Shown: positions 1-12,800 of the stretch, in pieces
Numbering within the stretch: the first letter of the stretch is position 1
Layout of the letters: each line of letters opens with the position of its first letter
Assembly (NCBI GenBank): GCA_910592345.1
Contig: CAJVPI010000254.1
Span: 1 to 38,641 of the forward strand
Source: Paraglomus brasilianum
Taxonomy: Eukaryota
DNA length: 38,641 nt
Direction: 5' to 3'
Notes under the pieces: generated by a model
Seen by the model: the letters and a program-made list of their open reading frames with translations, nothing else
Told to the model about the DNA's origin: nothing
The model's database searches: none
Position numbers and translations under genes: made by a program

Positions 1-399
1 AGCCTTATAAGTATAAATGTTGTTGTCTATGCTGCACATGCTGTAGAAACATTTGGAAGGATTATGAGAGGTGCTTTGTGTTTCCATAAATAAAATTTTT
101 TTCACTGGTTAACAAGTCATACAGTGGGGTAATTTAGCCAACTGATCTCTATGATAATAATTACCTATGTGGTATGGCAAGTGACAGAACAACTTCGTGT
201 AATATGTGTAAGATTGCATGGAGGTGTTTATTTTCGTATGTCAGATCATTTATGTCAGATCGGAATTATAGCATAATGTATGAATCAAGTTGGCATTCTG
301 CTTCAGTCTTGTCTTATCACTATGTGGAGCTATAGATAAGTTGTATGCACACAACCATCGATAGGTGTATGTTACAATAATATATATGATAATGTCATA

Positions 400-600
400 A
401 TATCATACAGTTCACATTCATTAGTTGACTTGACAACAATTTCCTCATCTGTCATTTGTTCCTCACAACTTTGATTATCAACCAAAATATACTCTTCTGC
501 AGAAATATGTGATATTTGGTCAATGAGAACTATGAGTTTTTGTTTTACTTTGGCATCATTTGGGGGAGAGTCTGTATATCGATAGATGATTAGAAATAGC
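400..600 (-). mobile_element. Decayed C-terminal fragment of a pogo/Tigger (CENP-B-like) transposase
   Basis: Minus-strand translation LIVLIDQISHISAEEYILVDNQSCEEQMTDEEIVV resembles the acidic Tigger C-terminal motif (AEEYI..D......TDEEI). No intact ORF; boundaries approximate. Confidence 0.45.
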
Positions 601-677
601 TGCTAAAAATATATCAATTAGTCGGCTTATAAGTAGCGTAGATTTCAGTTAGTCAGGGAGTGCATAAGTATAAGGCA

Positions 678-1130
678 TGTTTAATTACTCTCGATTCCTT
701 TATTGTAAATAAATGAGTAGTTCTTATACTCTGAAATACATTGTTAATGATTCATTCCCTGGTAACTTATCGGGTATAGCTGAGAACCGCTAATCTCTAT
801 ATCGATAAAGAATAATCGCCTTCTTGTCCCGCGATTATTCGAGTGGCAAATTACGATAATTAATTGTTATGTAGATGTGCATTATTATAATGTATACACC
901 ATTGTACCCCAGTAACCATAGACATACTCGAGTACAATTAATATATCATATATCCAGGATTAGCGTCACTCTACGACGGGAAGGTTTTCGTAAGTGCAAA
1001 GCTTTGATTGGACAAGGTCACTAACTGTAACCCGAGATTTACCTAGATAAGGAGACGCCACGCTCTGCTGAAACTAGCTAAATTCCTAGTGTCGATTATT
1101 ACCTGCTCTCCCATGATAGTCGGCACGACA
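678..1130 (-). mobile_element. Possible solo LTR
   Basis: On the minus strand it starts TGTCGTG and ends TTAAACA, with AATAAA ~25 nt before the end. It is richer in CpG than the flanks. No target-site duplication found. Confidence 0.25.
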
Positions 1131-1602
1131 GTGAACTAGATTTAATAATAATAGGTTCATGGGCTTCAAGTCAATTTTGACATAATAATAAGGTTTGTTG
1201 ATAATGAATCTGGCAAGAAATAGGATACAACATTATTATTATAGGATATACACCAAGAAATATCTGAACATGATAATGATGGCAGAAATAATGACACCAA
1301 TTATAATACCTTCAAGCTGTAAATAACTTCTTGGTCAATTGGCCATAAAGTGATGTTGTATTAGGAGAACATTAGAAAGGGTCTCATAGGTTTTTTGTCT
1401 CATAATATTTGGCATTATCTATTAAAATATAACAATAACAGAATAATATGCTGATTGGCTGTATTCTGCTATTATTATATTGAATTGATGCAAAACAACT
1501 TTTTTTTATTCAATTATGTTGGTTGAGATAATAATAATAATAAGCAAAGACTGATCTCTGCACCCAAGCCTTGTTATTTGAACGATACTAAATTTGGAAT
1601 CA

Positions 1603-1667
1603 TCGTGAGAACAATGTGGTTCTAGTGACAATGTGGTCTCGTGACAATGTGGTTCTCGTGACAATGT
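1603..1667. repeat. Tandem repeat, ~17-bp unit ACAATGTGGTTCTCGTG x~3.5
   Basis: Units at 1611-1627, 1628-1643, 1644-1660 and a partial unit from 1661. Probably one arm of a foldback element. Confidence 0.8.
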
Positions 1668-2836
1668 TGCTGCTACAATAGATTTCATCCAATTTGGTGC
1701 TTCTAACGTCTGAAGAATACCATGGAATACAATAAAATGCAATAAGAATTACAGTAATCATCACGCTCCATTTCTCCACCACGTTTTTGAGACATTTAAA
1801 GTAAGTACTATTGAATTTGCAGATAGAAGCGTCAATGTCATTTATATTTTACCATATAGCCCAAGATGATTTAAATAAGGATATTTAATATTACATAAAT
1901 AAATTAAATATGCTATCCATTCAACAATACCACCAAACAGAAAATTTCTATCAAGTTAAATATTACAGTACTTCTTCATGCTAATATGTAATATGTATAG
2001 AATGTGTCAACTTGACATCATTAACCCCACGTTAAAAGAGCGAACGTTTTATTATGGGCAACCATCTTCCGAAAATGATTACAGATATATATATTACGAC
2101 CCCCTGCGTCAAACTGCCTTAGCCTTGACGCACCTTAACAAGCATGCTGAAAAGATTAAGTATAAACGATAAAAAACCCAAGTACTGCAAGCATCCAATA
2201 TGCAGCCATGGATGCTGTATCAACTTGTCCGGTCATACCAGAAACGATCAGAATCAATCAAACGCGACTGAAAAGGTCCACTCAAAAAAGTGTACCTGTA
2301 ATTGCGTGTGGGACCTGTAACAAGCCTTAACTGTTATTGTAGTGCGTATTCGTCTTCATTTTGATGAACCGTAACTGTTAATATTACTTACTGTATGTAC
2401 ATGCGTAATAACATGATAAAAACCTTGATAACAGAATGTGGCTTTAATGTAATATATCAACTGTTCAAATACCTGTTCAAAGTGTAACTCTTTGATGCAG
2501 TGCCACCGGGAAGCAAATGAGGCCGTTTATTGACATCTGATAATACGTACTCGCAATATTGATCCATCGTCAATTCCCAATCTAAACGCGACAGCTAGCA
2601 ACTTCACTTATTTAAAGTATCCATGTTGTTCTGTTATGCATTACCAAGTCATCTAGTGACAAGAAATACAACTCTATCGACGGTGGGCGACTTCTCCTGC
2701 TTTGACATTGAAAAGTAGAAGAAATGAATTGTTATCTCCAGCCACACCAGCCTCATACAGCCCTTAATAGGAGGATTAGAAAACTTGTGTACCCATTTTT
2801 TGATGTTCTGGCAATCTTGTCTGTTCAGTAGTGGTA

Positions 2837-4868
2837 ATGGCTGGCATATTCTCAAAAGAGACAATAAAGGTAAATAATACGGTGTTATTATATGTACAGG
2901 TATCTTGAAGACTGGTTAACTGACTCTGCCATCACCAAGACTACAGCCGAGGCGGTTGGGATTACCAATATCAATGAGGATGTAGCGACCGCATTGAGTC
3001 AGGATTTAGAATATCGAATACATGAAATAATACAGGTGCTTATATTATCCGTTTTACTCATTTTCTTGTGCGTGGGATAGTTCTTTGGACTTAATTTGAG
3101 CGACTGGCTCAGGTTCATGTACTCTTCTGATCTAAAATTCCTTCTCCTTCAGGAAGCCATTAAATTCATGCGCCATGCCAAACGAACAAGGATGACTAGC
3201 GACGACATAGATCATGCGATGCGCGTTCGTAACGTTGAGGTAGGTGTTTTGTCGTTAACCATTAACTTTTATCTATGTATTATTGACTCTCTCCCACATA
3301 CACGCACACATAACGTATTCAGCCGTTATATGGATTCAATGGGTCAGATCAATACAAGTTCCAACGACTGACAACAAACTATGCAGATATTTACTATCTA
3401 GAAGATGATGAACTAGATTTTGAGAATATAATGAATGTCCCATTACCAAAGGTTCCGCTGGATGTAACTTTTACGGGTTGGTTTATGTAGTATGTATGTA
3501 GAGGTTCATACTGTTACTTTCTGAGGAGGTTGATGCGACTATATGACACTTTTATTTCTTTGGTGCCGCAATGAACCTTACTGCCTTTCACAGCTCATTG
3601 GCTGGCAATTGAAGGAGTTCAACCGGCGACGCCTCAGAACCCCGTCCCAGAAGGTTTGGTCCAGTTTATATAACTATTTCCTGTCTAATGCTTGAATGAT
3701 CTCTAGAATTCAATCATGTTGTCGCGTTGCAGGTGCACGTGCAAATACACATACGGTAGATGTTAGGACAGAGCGACCAGCCCCGTCAAATGGAGCACCA
3801 ATGGAAATCGATGTCCGACCTCTTGTCAAACACAATCTCTCCCGCGAATTACAAACTTATTACGAGAAAATCACCAAGGCTGTATTAAGTGAAGAAAGTA
3901 GATTGCGTGTCACTGCACTCAACAGTCTGAAAGAAGATCCTGCGTTGCATCAATTGTTACCGTATTTTGTTCAATTCATCTGCTCCAAGGTTGCCGAAGG
4001 CTATGAAGATATTAATGTCCTGGAGAATGCTATGAACATGACGGATTCGTTATTAAACAACCAGAGTTTATACATGGATCCATACGTAAGTCGGTAATTT
4101 ATTTTTGGAAGTAAATATGCAATATCAACTGATAGAGTGTACTTAGTAGGGATTTTATTTTATCGTGCACAATCTGTATTGTTGACAGTATTCGAATTAA
4201 CATAAATGTCATTCACGTTAATTATTTCATCAGCTTCATCAATTAATACCAGCAATCCTCTCTTGTCTGGTAGCCAAAAGCTTGGGGCCTCCAAATGATA
4301 CCAAGCATTGGGATATACGTGACAGGGCAGCGAACTTGATTCAGTCAATCTGCGTACGATATGGAGTGCAATACTACACTCTTCAGCCGCGAATCTGTAA
4401 AACCCTACTTCGCGCTTTCCTTGACATATCTAAACCGTTCACTACACATTATGGAGCCATTGTGGGGCTAAGTACATTGGGTAGAGAAGTAGTCAAATTA
4501 CTCGTTCTACCTAATTTAAAGCCATATAGTATTGTATTAGAACAAGAGTTGGTACATTCGGATGATCCGGTGAAAAGAAGTGAAGCTCAGAGATGTTATA
4601 ATGCGATACTGGTCTGTAAATTATGTGCATGAAAGAGAAGTCGCCTCAAATTTGGTATGAATGATATTAACTGCCATTTCTATTGTAGCTTGCACTTATG
4701 ACGCTAAAGGAGGATGCAATATCATCAGATGGGAAACAGCCACCTCCGTTGGAAGAGTTACGTGATCCTTTGGAAAAGCGCATCGGTCAGCTCTTTGCTA
4801 ATGAGCTTATTTCGAACCTCCACCTCGATGTAACAATGGGAATCCTTAATAACATGACAGAAGACTAG
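2837..4868 (+). CDS. TAF6: Transcription initiation factor TFIID/SAGA subunit 6 (446 aa, 8 exons)
   Basis: Exons 2837-2869, 2940-3035, 3153-3239, 3323-3476, 3594-3653, 3733-4085, 4234-4611, 4689-4868, all GT-AG and frame-consistent. Motifs: histone fold (EYRIHEIIQEAIKFMRHAKR...DIDHAMRVRNVEPLYG), AHWLAIEGVQP, KHNLSRELQ, LHQLLPYF, HWDIRDRAA, THYGAIVGL. Confidence 0.97.
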
Positions 4869-5041
4869 AATTTACTGTATATTTTGGTCAAAAATAAAGA
4901 TTCTTCCATTGGTTATTCTATTGATATGATGTCGGTTTAGAAGTGCTAGTGAAATGATGCTGGATTGCTGATCAAGAATTGGCAATTATCGCGGGCGCTC
5001 GCCGATAATAAAAACTATATAAATGACTGAAATCAGATATA

Positions 5042-5195
5042 CAGTTGACTCTGTTTATACCGAACCTATTTACACCGAACTCTGGATATGACGAACCGAA
5101 GTCGCCAGAACCGATTTTTTGTAATTAAAAACTTCGAATATAACGAGTTTTTATTAGTAAATCTGTTTATAACGGATCCGAACGAATTTTTACGT
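5042..5195 (+). mobile_element. Left arm of a pogo/Tigger-type MITE (CAGTTGAC family), truncated
   Basis: TA|CAGTTGACTCTGTTTATACCGAAC... aligns over ~130-150 bp with 10132-10265. No right TIR found nearby. Confidence 0.75.
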
Positions 5196-5632
5196 TATAT
5201 GAAGAGAAAATTGTATGTGAAAACAAACTAACCGCTTTAAGGTGTCAAATTTATTCCAAAATTACTACCACGTAACTTTTCTCTGGTTGTAACTTACTCT
5301 CACAAAATTATACATAGGATTATCCGTATACGAAAAATAGTGAATACTGTCAGCAGCTGCGCTCCTCGCGACAATAGTGTATCGATGCCTAGTGATGAGC
5401 ACCGACTAAGTATCTATTCATAATTATATCTCTAAGAACGGACATTATTCCTAATTATTTCTTTAGAGAATAATTTTCTTTTTGCTAGACGAATGATTTC
5501 AGACGAATGATTTTACGTTGACTATTATCTTTCATGATTCGTGTTTCGTAGTACACTTGTTTCGCAGACTTTCGTGCCTCGAATATATCTCGGCCTTTAT
5601 ACTATCCGTAATAATTAACAACTAAATAAGAA

Positions 5633-6600
5633 TTACAACACTCCTAATCTAATCGCTACTCTTAATGGCCTATTAATTTCGTTATTATTAATCCTTGCAA
5701 ATGCCATCTGTTCAATCTCTTCATTCATGCTGACAATATCACCAACATGTAGTTTTACCATTTTGCTAGTATTGTCATCTTTGACTACCATATAAATAAT
5801 ATAATTATAAAATTCTATCTTTTTGTTGACCAGTGTGTGCTGCATCCATAAGCAGATCCACAGAGTATGACCACATAAGGTCATGGTAAATTGGATTCCC
5901 AACTTCTAGCTTATTTGAGAAACCTGCATTCTAATTTCTGATTTGGGGGATTTATCCCACTTTTGTCATAGCACAATATCAACAAAGCAGGGCAGATGTG
6001 AGATTGTTTTACCTATTTGAAAATAAACAATACTAATAATGAAGTGCATTATTATTGTTATATTATAGAAAGCTCACCATTTTCTTTGCTGGCAATGTCA
6101 TTATTAATGGAATCTATATCCATTGCATACCATCCTGACAGCAACTGAGAGACACAATTGTCTGATACAATTTCAGTAATGTGACTATGTCCTCCATCAA
6201 CTATGAATCACAATGCTTGAAGGGTGTTGTAACGGTACCAGCATTGCAATGTTTAACACATTGCTGAACGTGAAATTATTACTATGTAGATAGTTAAAGG
6301 ATTTGGTAACGCTGACAATATTGTGGGGTTTTCTATACCAATACGCTTCCAATGATATAGCCACTGTTCTTTTCCGCCATTGCCGAATAAATTCATGGTT
6401 AGATCCAGAAGCTTCATTGTCTTTCCAGCCATACAATCTTGGGGTGTTTGTTTGTGACGATCCCATATCAACGTATCCAACGGTTCCGATTTTAGCATAA
6501 GGCCATGCTCTGTGGACCATCGTTCTCGTGCTAGTAATGTAGACAGATCAGATTCTCCAGCCGTTCAACTTGAAATCGTGCATTGATACTTAGAATCGCT
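5633..6600 (-). pseudogene. Fragmented transposase-like gene with a C-terminal BAH-like segment (CACTA/Plavaka-like, tentative)
   Basis: Pieces LDTLIWDRHKQTPQDCMAGKTMKLLDLTMNLF...ALPNPLT and YNYIIYMVVKDD...KLHVGDIVSMNEEIEQMAFARI recall a high-copy Glomeromycotina repeat protein family with a BAH domain (from memory). Several frameshifts. Confidence 0.5.
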
Positions 6601-6779
6601 GATCCGCCATACAAGTGCGGATCAGCGGTGACACAATCTAATTATGGCGCAATAACCATCACCGGGTCTGTCATAAAAATTGTCTTCGATAATAGCATGT
6701 CTACTGAATTCAGTATCCTTTTGAGGCAGGGTCTGATGATGCTTTTCGGTATGCGCATAAGTCAGAATATTATTTGAAA

Positions 6780-7785
6780 AGCGCGTTTGTTGATTTAATT
6801 GTGTCTGCTGGTTAAGCCGTTATGTTTACGAGTCGTGTTTACACTGGACACTTGGTTGGAATGTTTAAAGCCTGATGTTTCACTGTGGTTATTTTGTGAC
6901 CGCGAATTTTTAAAATTTGACTAGATTGTTGGCAACAAACCGTCGTGATATTCGGATTTCTTTTTTAGGCTGTTGAATTTGACAATGTTATTTGATGATA
7001 TATTAAATATGGTTAGAACGTCTTAGTTTAAACTCTGTGATATTAAAATTTAGTTTTATTCGACAAATGTTATTTGGTAACAATCATGGTATATCAAATC
7101 TGGTTATAGCATCTTGATTCGTGATGTTTTGACAAGTTTGTTTGGGCCGTGATGGTTTAAAGTCTGCATTGTTAATTCAACAAGGTTATTCGGTAGCAAG
7201 TCGTCATATTACTTTACGCCGGAATGCTTGGACATTAAAAGGCGATATCATTTAATATTTGGTTATTTTAGAAATTGGAGTTATAGCAGACTAAGACTTG
7301 TCCATAAATAAACATGTACAGCAACATTTATTTGATTACAACATGCTGAAACCAAAGGTACTTTTCGGTCGATCAACTAAAAATATAAAAATGGCTTCAA
7401 CAATTTTTTCTGTTATAGCTGTCAAGCTAGCTTTTACCGTAATTTTTTACAGACAATTGTATTCTCTTTCAGTATGCCGAGACTTAACCGTAAAGCAAAT
7501 CAAAGCCAAAGTTATAGCAGCCGCTGTAACAGGTTGCAAAAGACTTACGATAGTTTATCACGATTTAAGCATTCTAACCAAATGTTAACCATGTTACCAA
7601 ATAACATTGTCGAATTCAATAGTCTGAAAAAAAATTTTTTTTTTTAAACTTATGACTTGTAAAACAGTAAATAATCATGACTTAAAGTCTAAGAAAATTT
7701 TGTTGTCAAAACATCACGCTTTGGTATCAAAACACCACGAATTACGCTTTCAATCAAACATTAATAACGAATTTCAACAAATCTA
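6780..7785. repeat. Degenerate inverted-repeat (foldback-like) array
   Basis: CGTGATGTTTTGACAA (7120-7135) is the exact reverse complement of TTGTCAAAACATCACG near 7703. The segment ~6960-6995 and ~7056-7090 (GACAATGTTATTTG-type motif) is mirrored at ~7588-7635. Confidence 0.55.
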
Positions 7786-7797
7786 TATATATACGTA

Positions 7798-8977
7798 CAG
7801 TGCCCTCCAATAAATGAGTGAGTAACAGAAAATTTTGCAAATTATATGCTAACTTTATGCTTATGTAAGCAAAAATTTTATTACTGCAAATGCTTTCTGT
7901 GTACTAATTAAACTGCTTGTGATAACATTTTACATATACCCTTGTTGTTTGTATCACTTTCGCCTTGATATTTTTCTCTATAAAACAGCGCAAAGATTTT
8001 GCCGATTTCGTCTTCCAATTTTATTTGTTTAATATTATATATTCTTCATGCTGACATCAAATACTCTACTAACAAATGTATTCAGAACGATTTAAAATAT
8101 TTATGTTCAAATTTTCATAAATTGTAATGAAAAATGATAATGATAGAGAAATTAATTTAAAACATATTATATAAAAATTTTGTGTGACATTGATACAATA
8201 TTTAAAGCCTTTTATGTTTATTGCTCAATGAATGTTACATTTTATTGCTAATAACCATACAAATGACTTCTCGATCAGAACTTACTCTTTTTAAACGTGG
8301 AGAAATAATTGGAGCATGGAAGTGTGGATTAAGTGAAGAGAAAAATTCAGTAGCTTTAAAAAGAGCCCAAGCACTGTCCATAAAGTTATAGCGGAATATC
8401 GCAATAATCAACAAAAAAAAACTAATCGACCAGGAAGACCCAAAAAAATCACACCAAGAGATAGTCGTGCAATAAAAAGAATTCTCCAAAAAAAGGAATT
8501 TTACAGTTTCAACATCTAAGAGTGTCTGTGTAAACACACTTTGTAGTAGTCATCTTCATGAGAATAGCAGCCTTTACCATAAAACAAGGAAGAATTATTC
8601 AGAAATAATCGGATCAATCAGTCATCACAAAAAAAATCTGGTACAATATTGATCTTAATGTTTATCAAAATCTTGTAGTTAGCATGCTACGTCAGTTACT
8701 AAAAGTAAGGGAAATCCTACTAAGTACTAATGTTTATATTACGCATGTTAATAATGTCAGCATAGAGAATATCGAATATTAAACAAATAAAATTGGAAGA
8801 CGAAATCGGTAAAATCTTTACGTTGGCTTTAATTGTTGAAATATCAAGGCGAAAGTGATACAAATAACAAGGGTATATGTAAAATGTTATCACAAACAGT
8901 TTAATTAGTACACAGAAAGCAGTTGCAGTAATAAATTTTTCGTTTACATAAGCATAAAGTTAGCAAAATTTTCTGTT
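7798..8977 (+). mobile_element. Non-autonomous Tc1-like element with ~230-bp inverted repeats
   Basis: Starts TA|CAGTG. 7826-8057 is mirrored at ~8753-8977. Internal remnant MTSRSELTLFKRGEIIGAWKCGLSE (from 8263) is a Tc1 N-terminal HTH. The outermost right terminus is missing. Confidence 0.88.
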
Positions 8978-9886
8978 CTTCTCAATAGCTTTGATGCCCT
9001 GATCAAATTTGGAAGTCGTACAAAGTAGGGGCATCAGTTCTCAACAGCTTTTAATACCATATTTACCTTTATCGTTATGCGGATAAATGTGATAAAATTC
9101 ATATGTGACATTAAGCATACGCGCATAAATAACGCCCTTCCGTATGAGACTGTTACACTGTTAATGATAATGTTATCTATCAGCCGGAAAAGCTTCATAG
9201 TAACAGAAGTAATAAAATCAAGATTAATTGATATAGAATTAGCATTTCTGTTTGATTCGATGTCAAGGATTAATCGTACACCTCGTTTACTTCGGCCAAA
9301 AACAATGGCTTATTGGACAGACATATTTCCATATCTTAATGACGAGAGCGAGTTAATAGTTTTTAAACCTCGTTTCGCATTTTGCGATCTACGTTCAATC
9401 GGCTGCTTAATATCCTACAGCAACATCCTAACTATTTATCCACATCCTTTTGACCTCAAACTCCTATTAAAATTCAAGTTTTCAATGATTAGCAAATCCT
9501 CTGGGATATCGCCAACTGGAACAATATTTGGTGTTAGCCAAGGATCAGTCGCACATTTTACTAAACGATTTATTGAAGCCATTCTGGACACCCTCCAACA
9601 TTATCAAACTCGCATACGTTGTGGATGTTTAGGATCCGAGGGTTTTTTGCTTCTTAGGCATTGCAATGAATATGATGAAAAAAAGATTTGTCCATCACAT
9701 CGATCATATGAGATGTCTGGCAAAAGTTCAAATTATGTTCATATGAAAAATAAACTATTTCCAATTTAGGAATGCTCCTTTCGGGAGAGGTATCAAATTG
9801 ACGCCCTTGATACCCCCACCGAATAACTTCCATTTTTATCATCGATTTCCAAACTTGATCGGGGCATCAAGCTGTTGAGAAGGCCC
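8978..9886 (+). mobile_element. PIF/Harbinger-like deletion derivative
   Basis: ~40-bp TIRs: CTTCTCAATAGCTTTGATGCCCTGATCAAATTTGGAA versus the reverse complement of 9845-9886, GGGCCTTCTCAACAGCTTGATGCCCCGATCAAGTTTGGAA. ORF 9077-9769 contains IFGVSQGSVAHFTKRFIEAI, like the HARBI1/PIF HTH region; no DDE core is visible. Confidence 0.75.
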
Positions 9887-10131
9887 ATAATTAAAATTCG
9901 TGTTACCTAAAATTTTAGCGACCTAAAAGTTTAAAATTGTTTAAAAAATCAACACACACTTTACATTAATTCGAAAGCACAGAAAATTTTGCCAAGTATC
10001 TTGTTTTGTTGTTGAGAACTAAAGTATAACAGTGAACCTTCCATAAATGCACGCCCTCGGGAATGAGCATTTAGAGAGGGATGTAGGTCAGCATTTTATT
10101 GGTTTCACGCGACTTGATAAACATATTAGTA

Positions 10132-10916
10132 CAGTTGACGCTGCCTATACCGAACTTGGATATACCGAACTTTGGACATAACGAACCAGAATCGCCAGAC
10201 CCGATTTTTTCTAATTAATAAATCTGGTTATAACGAACTTTTACTAATAAATCTGTTTATAACTACCTTTCGAAATTTTGTATATTATATTTGCTTTTCC
10301 TATAACGAAACATAAAAGATCACGTGTTACACTATGCAGAAATTATTGCTTTTAGGAAATCAAAAAGGCAGACTATTGGCGTAAAATTATTGATGGAATC
10401 TTGTTGTATAGTCCTGGCGTCAATCTAATAATTTGGTAAGGTTAAATGAGGAAGTAAGAGTCCTGAGAAACTTAAATAGACGAATTGGATTAATTATTTA
10501 AGCAACCCACTATTTTGAGGATAAAATTGTTGATATTGAGTAGCTTCGTTATGTACAAGCAGTTGATAAAGTTTTTATTCTATTTCGATCTTGAATGTTG
10601 TTATTGTTAGATTTAGTAAATAAGCAAAGTGTATTACAAGTGGGTCTCGATATAACGACACGCTCGGTTCCAATCCAAATGATCACTATATCGAGAATGT
10701 CCTTATATCGAGAATTAACTTACATACGACAACTAAGCAATATAAAATTTTCGTTCCAAGATTTCTGTCATTGTAACGAGATGTCGTTATATAGCAGCGT
10801 GACTCACTTGCAACTGAATTTGTAAAAGTATTATCACGTGATATAACGGAGCAAGCTCTGGTTATAACGAACTAAAATCCTCCAGCCGGCCAGTTCGATA
10901 TAGACAGTATCAACTG
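10132..10916. mobile_element. pogo/Tigger-type MITE (middle element of the nest)
   Basis: TA|CAGTTGACGCTGCCTATACCGAACT ... AGTTCGATATAGACAGTATCAACTG|TA, with TA duplication on both sides. Confidence 0.88.
10637..10810. mobile_element. Small MITE (innermost element of the nest)
   Basis: TA|CAAGTGGGTCTCGATATAACGAC ... GTCGTTATATAGCAGCGTGACTCACTTG|CA; imperfect TIRs. Confidence 0.7.
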
Positions 10917-11342
10917 TATATTTATTTAATTAAGATGCTCAAATACTATTGAAAAAATTCATCTATTGTTGTTTGTTTCATTACACTCGCTGACTTTAGA
11001 CTAATGTAACGCTCCAAAACTCTCACATGCTTTAACAATTCTTTGGAGTCTTGATTTCTAACCCGTTTGCAGCATCGGTGGCATTAACTATCGGTGGCTC
11101 AATGTTATCTGGCCTGATAGAAATCGAATGTAACGTAAGTGCAAATCACATGAAAATCACGGGCGTGCATTTAGAGAGAGTGGGATACATATGATGGGAA
11201 AACGTGCAATGCATTTATGGAGGGTTCACTGTACGTTTATCTGCACCTTGAACGACTTCGGACCACTGTTACAATGCTTCGAAACACAATCACATACATG
11301 TGACAACCACACTGTGATCTGCATCTATCAATTAAACTTTTA

Positions 11343-11782
11343 ATGGAAAATGATGAACGACAAGACTTGATGAGTTTGAACGTGGTCTTATTATTGGACG
11401 GTGGCGATTTGGTCACTCAGAACGAGAGATTGAAGAAAAAACTAGCCATCCAAAGTCAAAAATACACGATACGATAGCAAGGTATTGTGAAAACTCTTGT
11501 CACACGCACTGGGAGACCACCAATACTGATAGACAGAGATAAGCGACATTCTGAAATAGCTGTTCGAACCAATCGCCAGCAGACTACAATGCAAACGTTG
11601 TTCAATCAACTGGAACTGCTGTTAGTAAATTGACAATAAAACGAGCTTTGTATAATAGCCAAGTTGCTGCTCGAAGCCCACTTATTTTGGTGAAAACAAA
11701 AAAAATCGAATGCAGTGGGCTCGAGAATATCGAGAATGGGCTGTAGATAATTATACCGGCCGCCATTATTTGCCGGGGACTG
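11343..11782 (+). mobile_element. Tc1 transposase N-terminal remnant with a likely right terminus
   Basis: Fragments LDEFERGLIIGRWRFGHSEREIEEKTSHPKSKIHDTIARY, GRPPILIDRDKRH and RMQWAREYREW. Ends ATTATTTGCCGGGGACTG|TA. Confidence 0.8.
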
Positions 11783-12049
11783 TAAGAGAGGGATATTTTA
11801 TATAAACATCTGCTGTATATTAATCGTTCCCATTTTACCTTACAAAAAAAATCAAGATGATGATAGCCTTTTTATATCAATATTAATCCTATAAATAAAT
11901 TTTCTTTATTAACAGTATAGCGAGACTAATATATATTACTCAGCTTCACAATCGATCCCTACAATACAGCAATAAGGTAATCCGTGGGTAGTACTTTATA
12001 ACTTATATACTCATACACAAATAATTTTTTATTAACCACGGGGATGGGT

Positions 12050-12800
12050 ATCAATTTTTTTCCGTTCATTTCTTGTTCTCGCTAAATTGGTCTCCATCTT
12101 TCTGAATAAATAGAGTAGAAGTCTTGCTAAAACAGAATTGTCATTTTTTTTGTAAGATTTGCAGAGTCTATTTTTGTGCGGCTGCTTTGCAGGATTTTCC
12201 GGCGACTTTTGCTCTACTACTACGCCTGTTGCAATATCATTGGTAACTTTCTAGGTATCCTTTCAATAAACGCGCTGCTACTTGTTTACTTATCTTGCTT
12301 CGATTCCATATATGTCTTGTAGACTTCTTCCTCTTTGGTTCCAGGATAATTATTTGTATATTTAGGCGGGCAAATCTCCAGTCAACTTGATCCATGTTGT
12401 ACAATCTGGGATATAATATTACGCGCAGTGTAGCACATGATCGATCTTCTTGATAATAATAACCGAAACTGTTCCCGTGTCGTATGCCAGTTTGTAATCT
12501 ACGTCAATTCTGAATTGACATGGAAAATTTGGATAAACGATTCCTCGTCAATAATCAGTCAATTATCTACAACAGCGTGATTTGCTGTATAGAATATTGT
12601 TATATCGGATGAGCGGCGTATCAATGCATAGTAATAATAACCAAGTCCATACACCCCATTTTTGAGTATAATCTGCTGTAATATCTGGTTCACAAACTAT
12701 ATTCACAACTTGTGAAAAACGTTGCAAGTCAGCTGTATATTGGAAAACAGCATTACTAATTGCTAGAGCACTCCACTTCCAAACGTCTGAAATAAAGTCT
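12050..12800 (-). pseudogene. Unidentified decayed coding sequence
   Basis: Protein-like minus-strand segments (RGIVYPNFPCQFRIDVDYKLAYDTGTVSVIII; PKYTNNYPGTKEEEVYKTYMESK) interrupted by stops and frameshifts. Family not recognised. Confidence 0.35.

Larger units (their letters stand above)
10030..11231. mobile_element. pogo/Tigger-type MITE (outer element of a nest)
   Basis: TIRs CAGTGAACCTTCCATAAATGCA / TGCATTTATGGAGGGTTCACTG|TA (21/22 match). Confidence 0.85.

Noticed and set aside
1..677. GCCTTATA inverted match as TIRs of one element
   Set aside because: Only 8 bp match, and the left end is at the window edge.
3501..3579. Stem-bounded segment (AGGTTCAT/ATGAACCT) in TAF6 intron 4 as a snoRNA
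   Set aside because: No correctly ordered C and D boxes and no H/ACA layout; only an 8-bp stem.
9077..9769. 230-aa ORF as a functional gene
   Set aside because: Lies within Harbinger TIRs, only short parts resemble transposase, and the catalytic core is absent.
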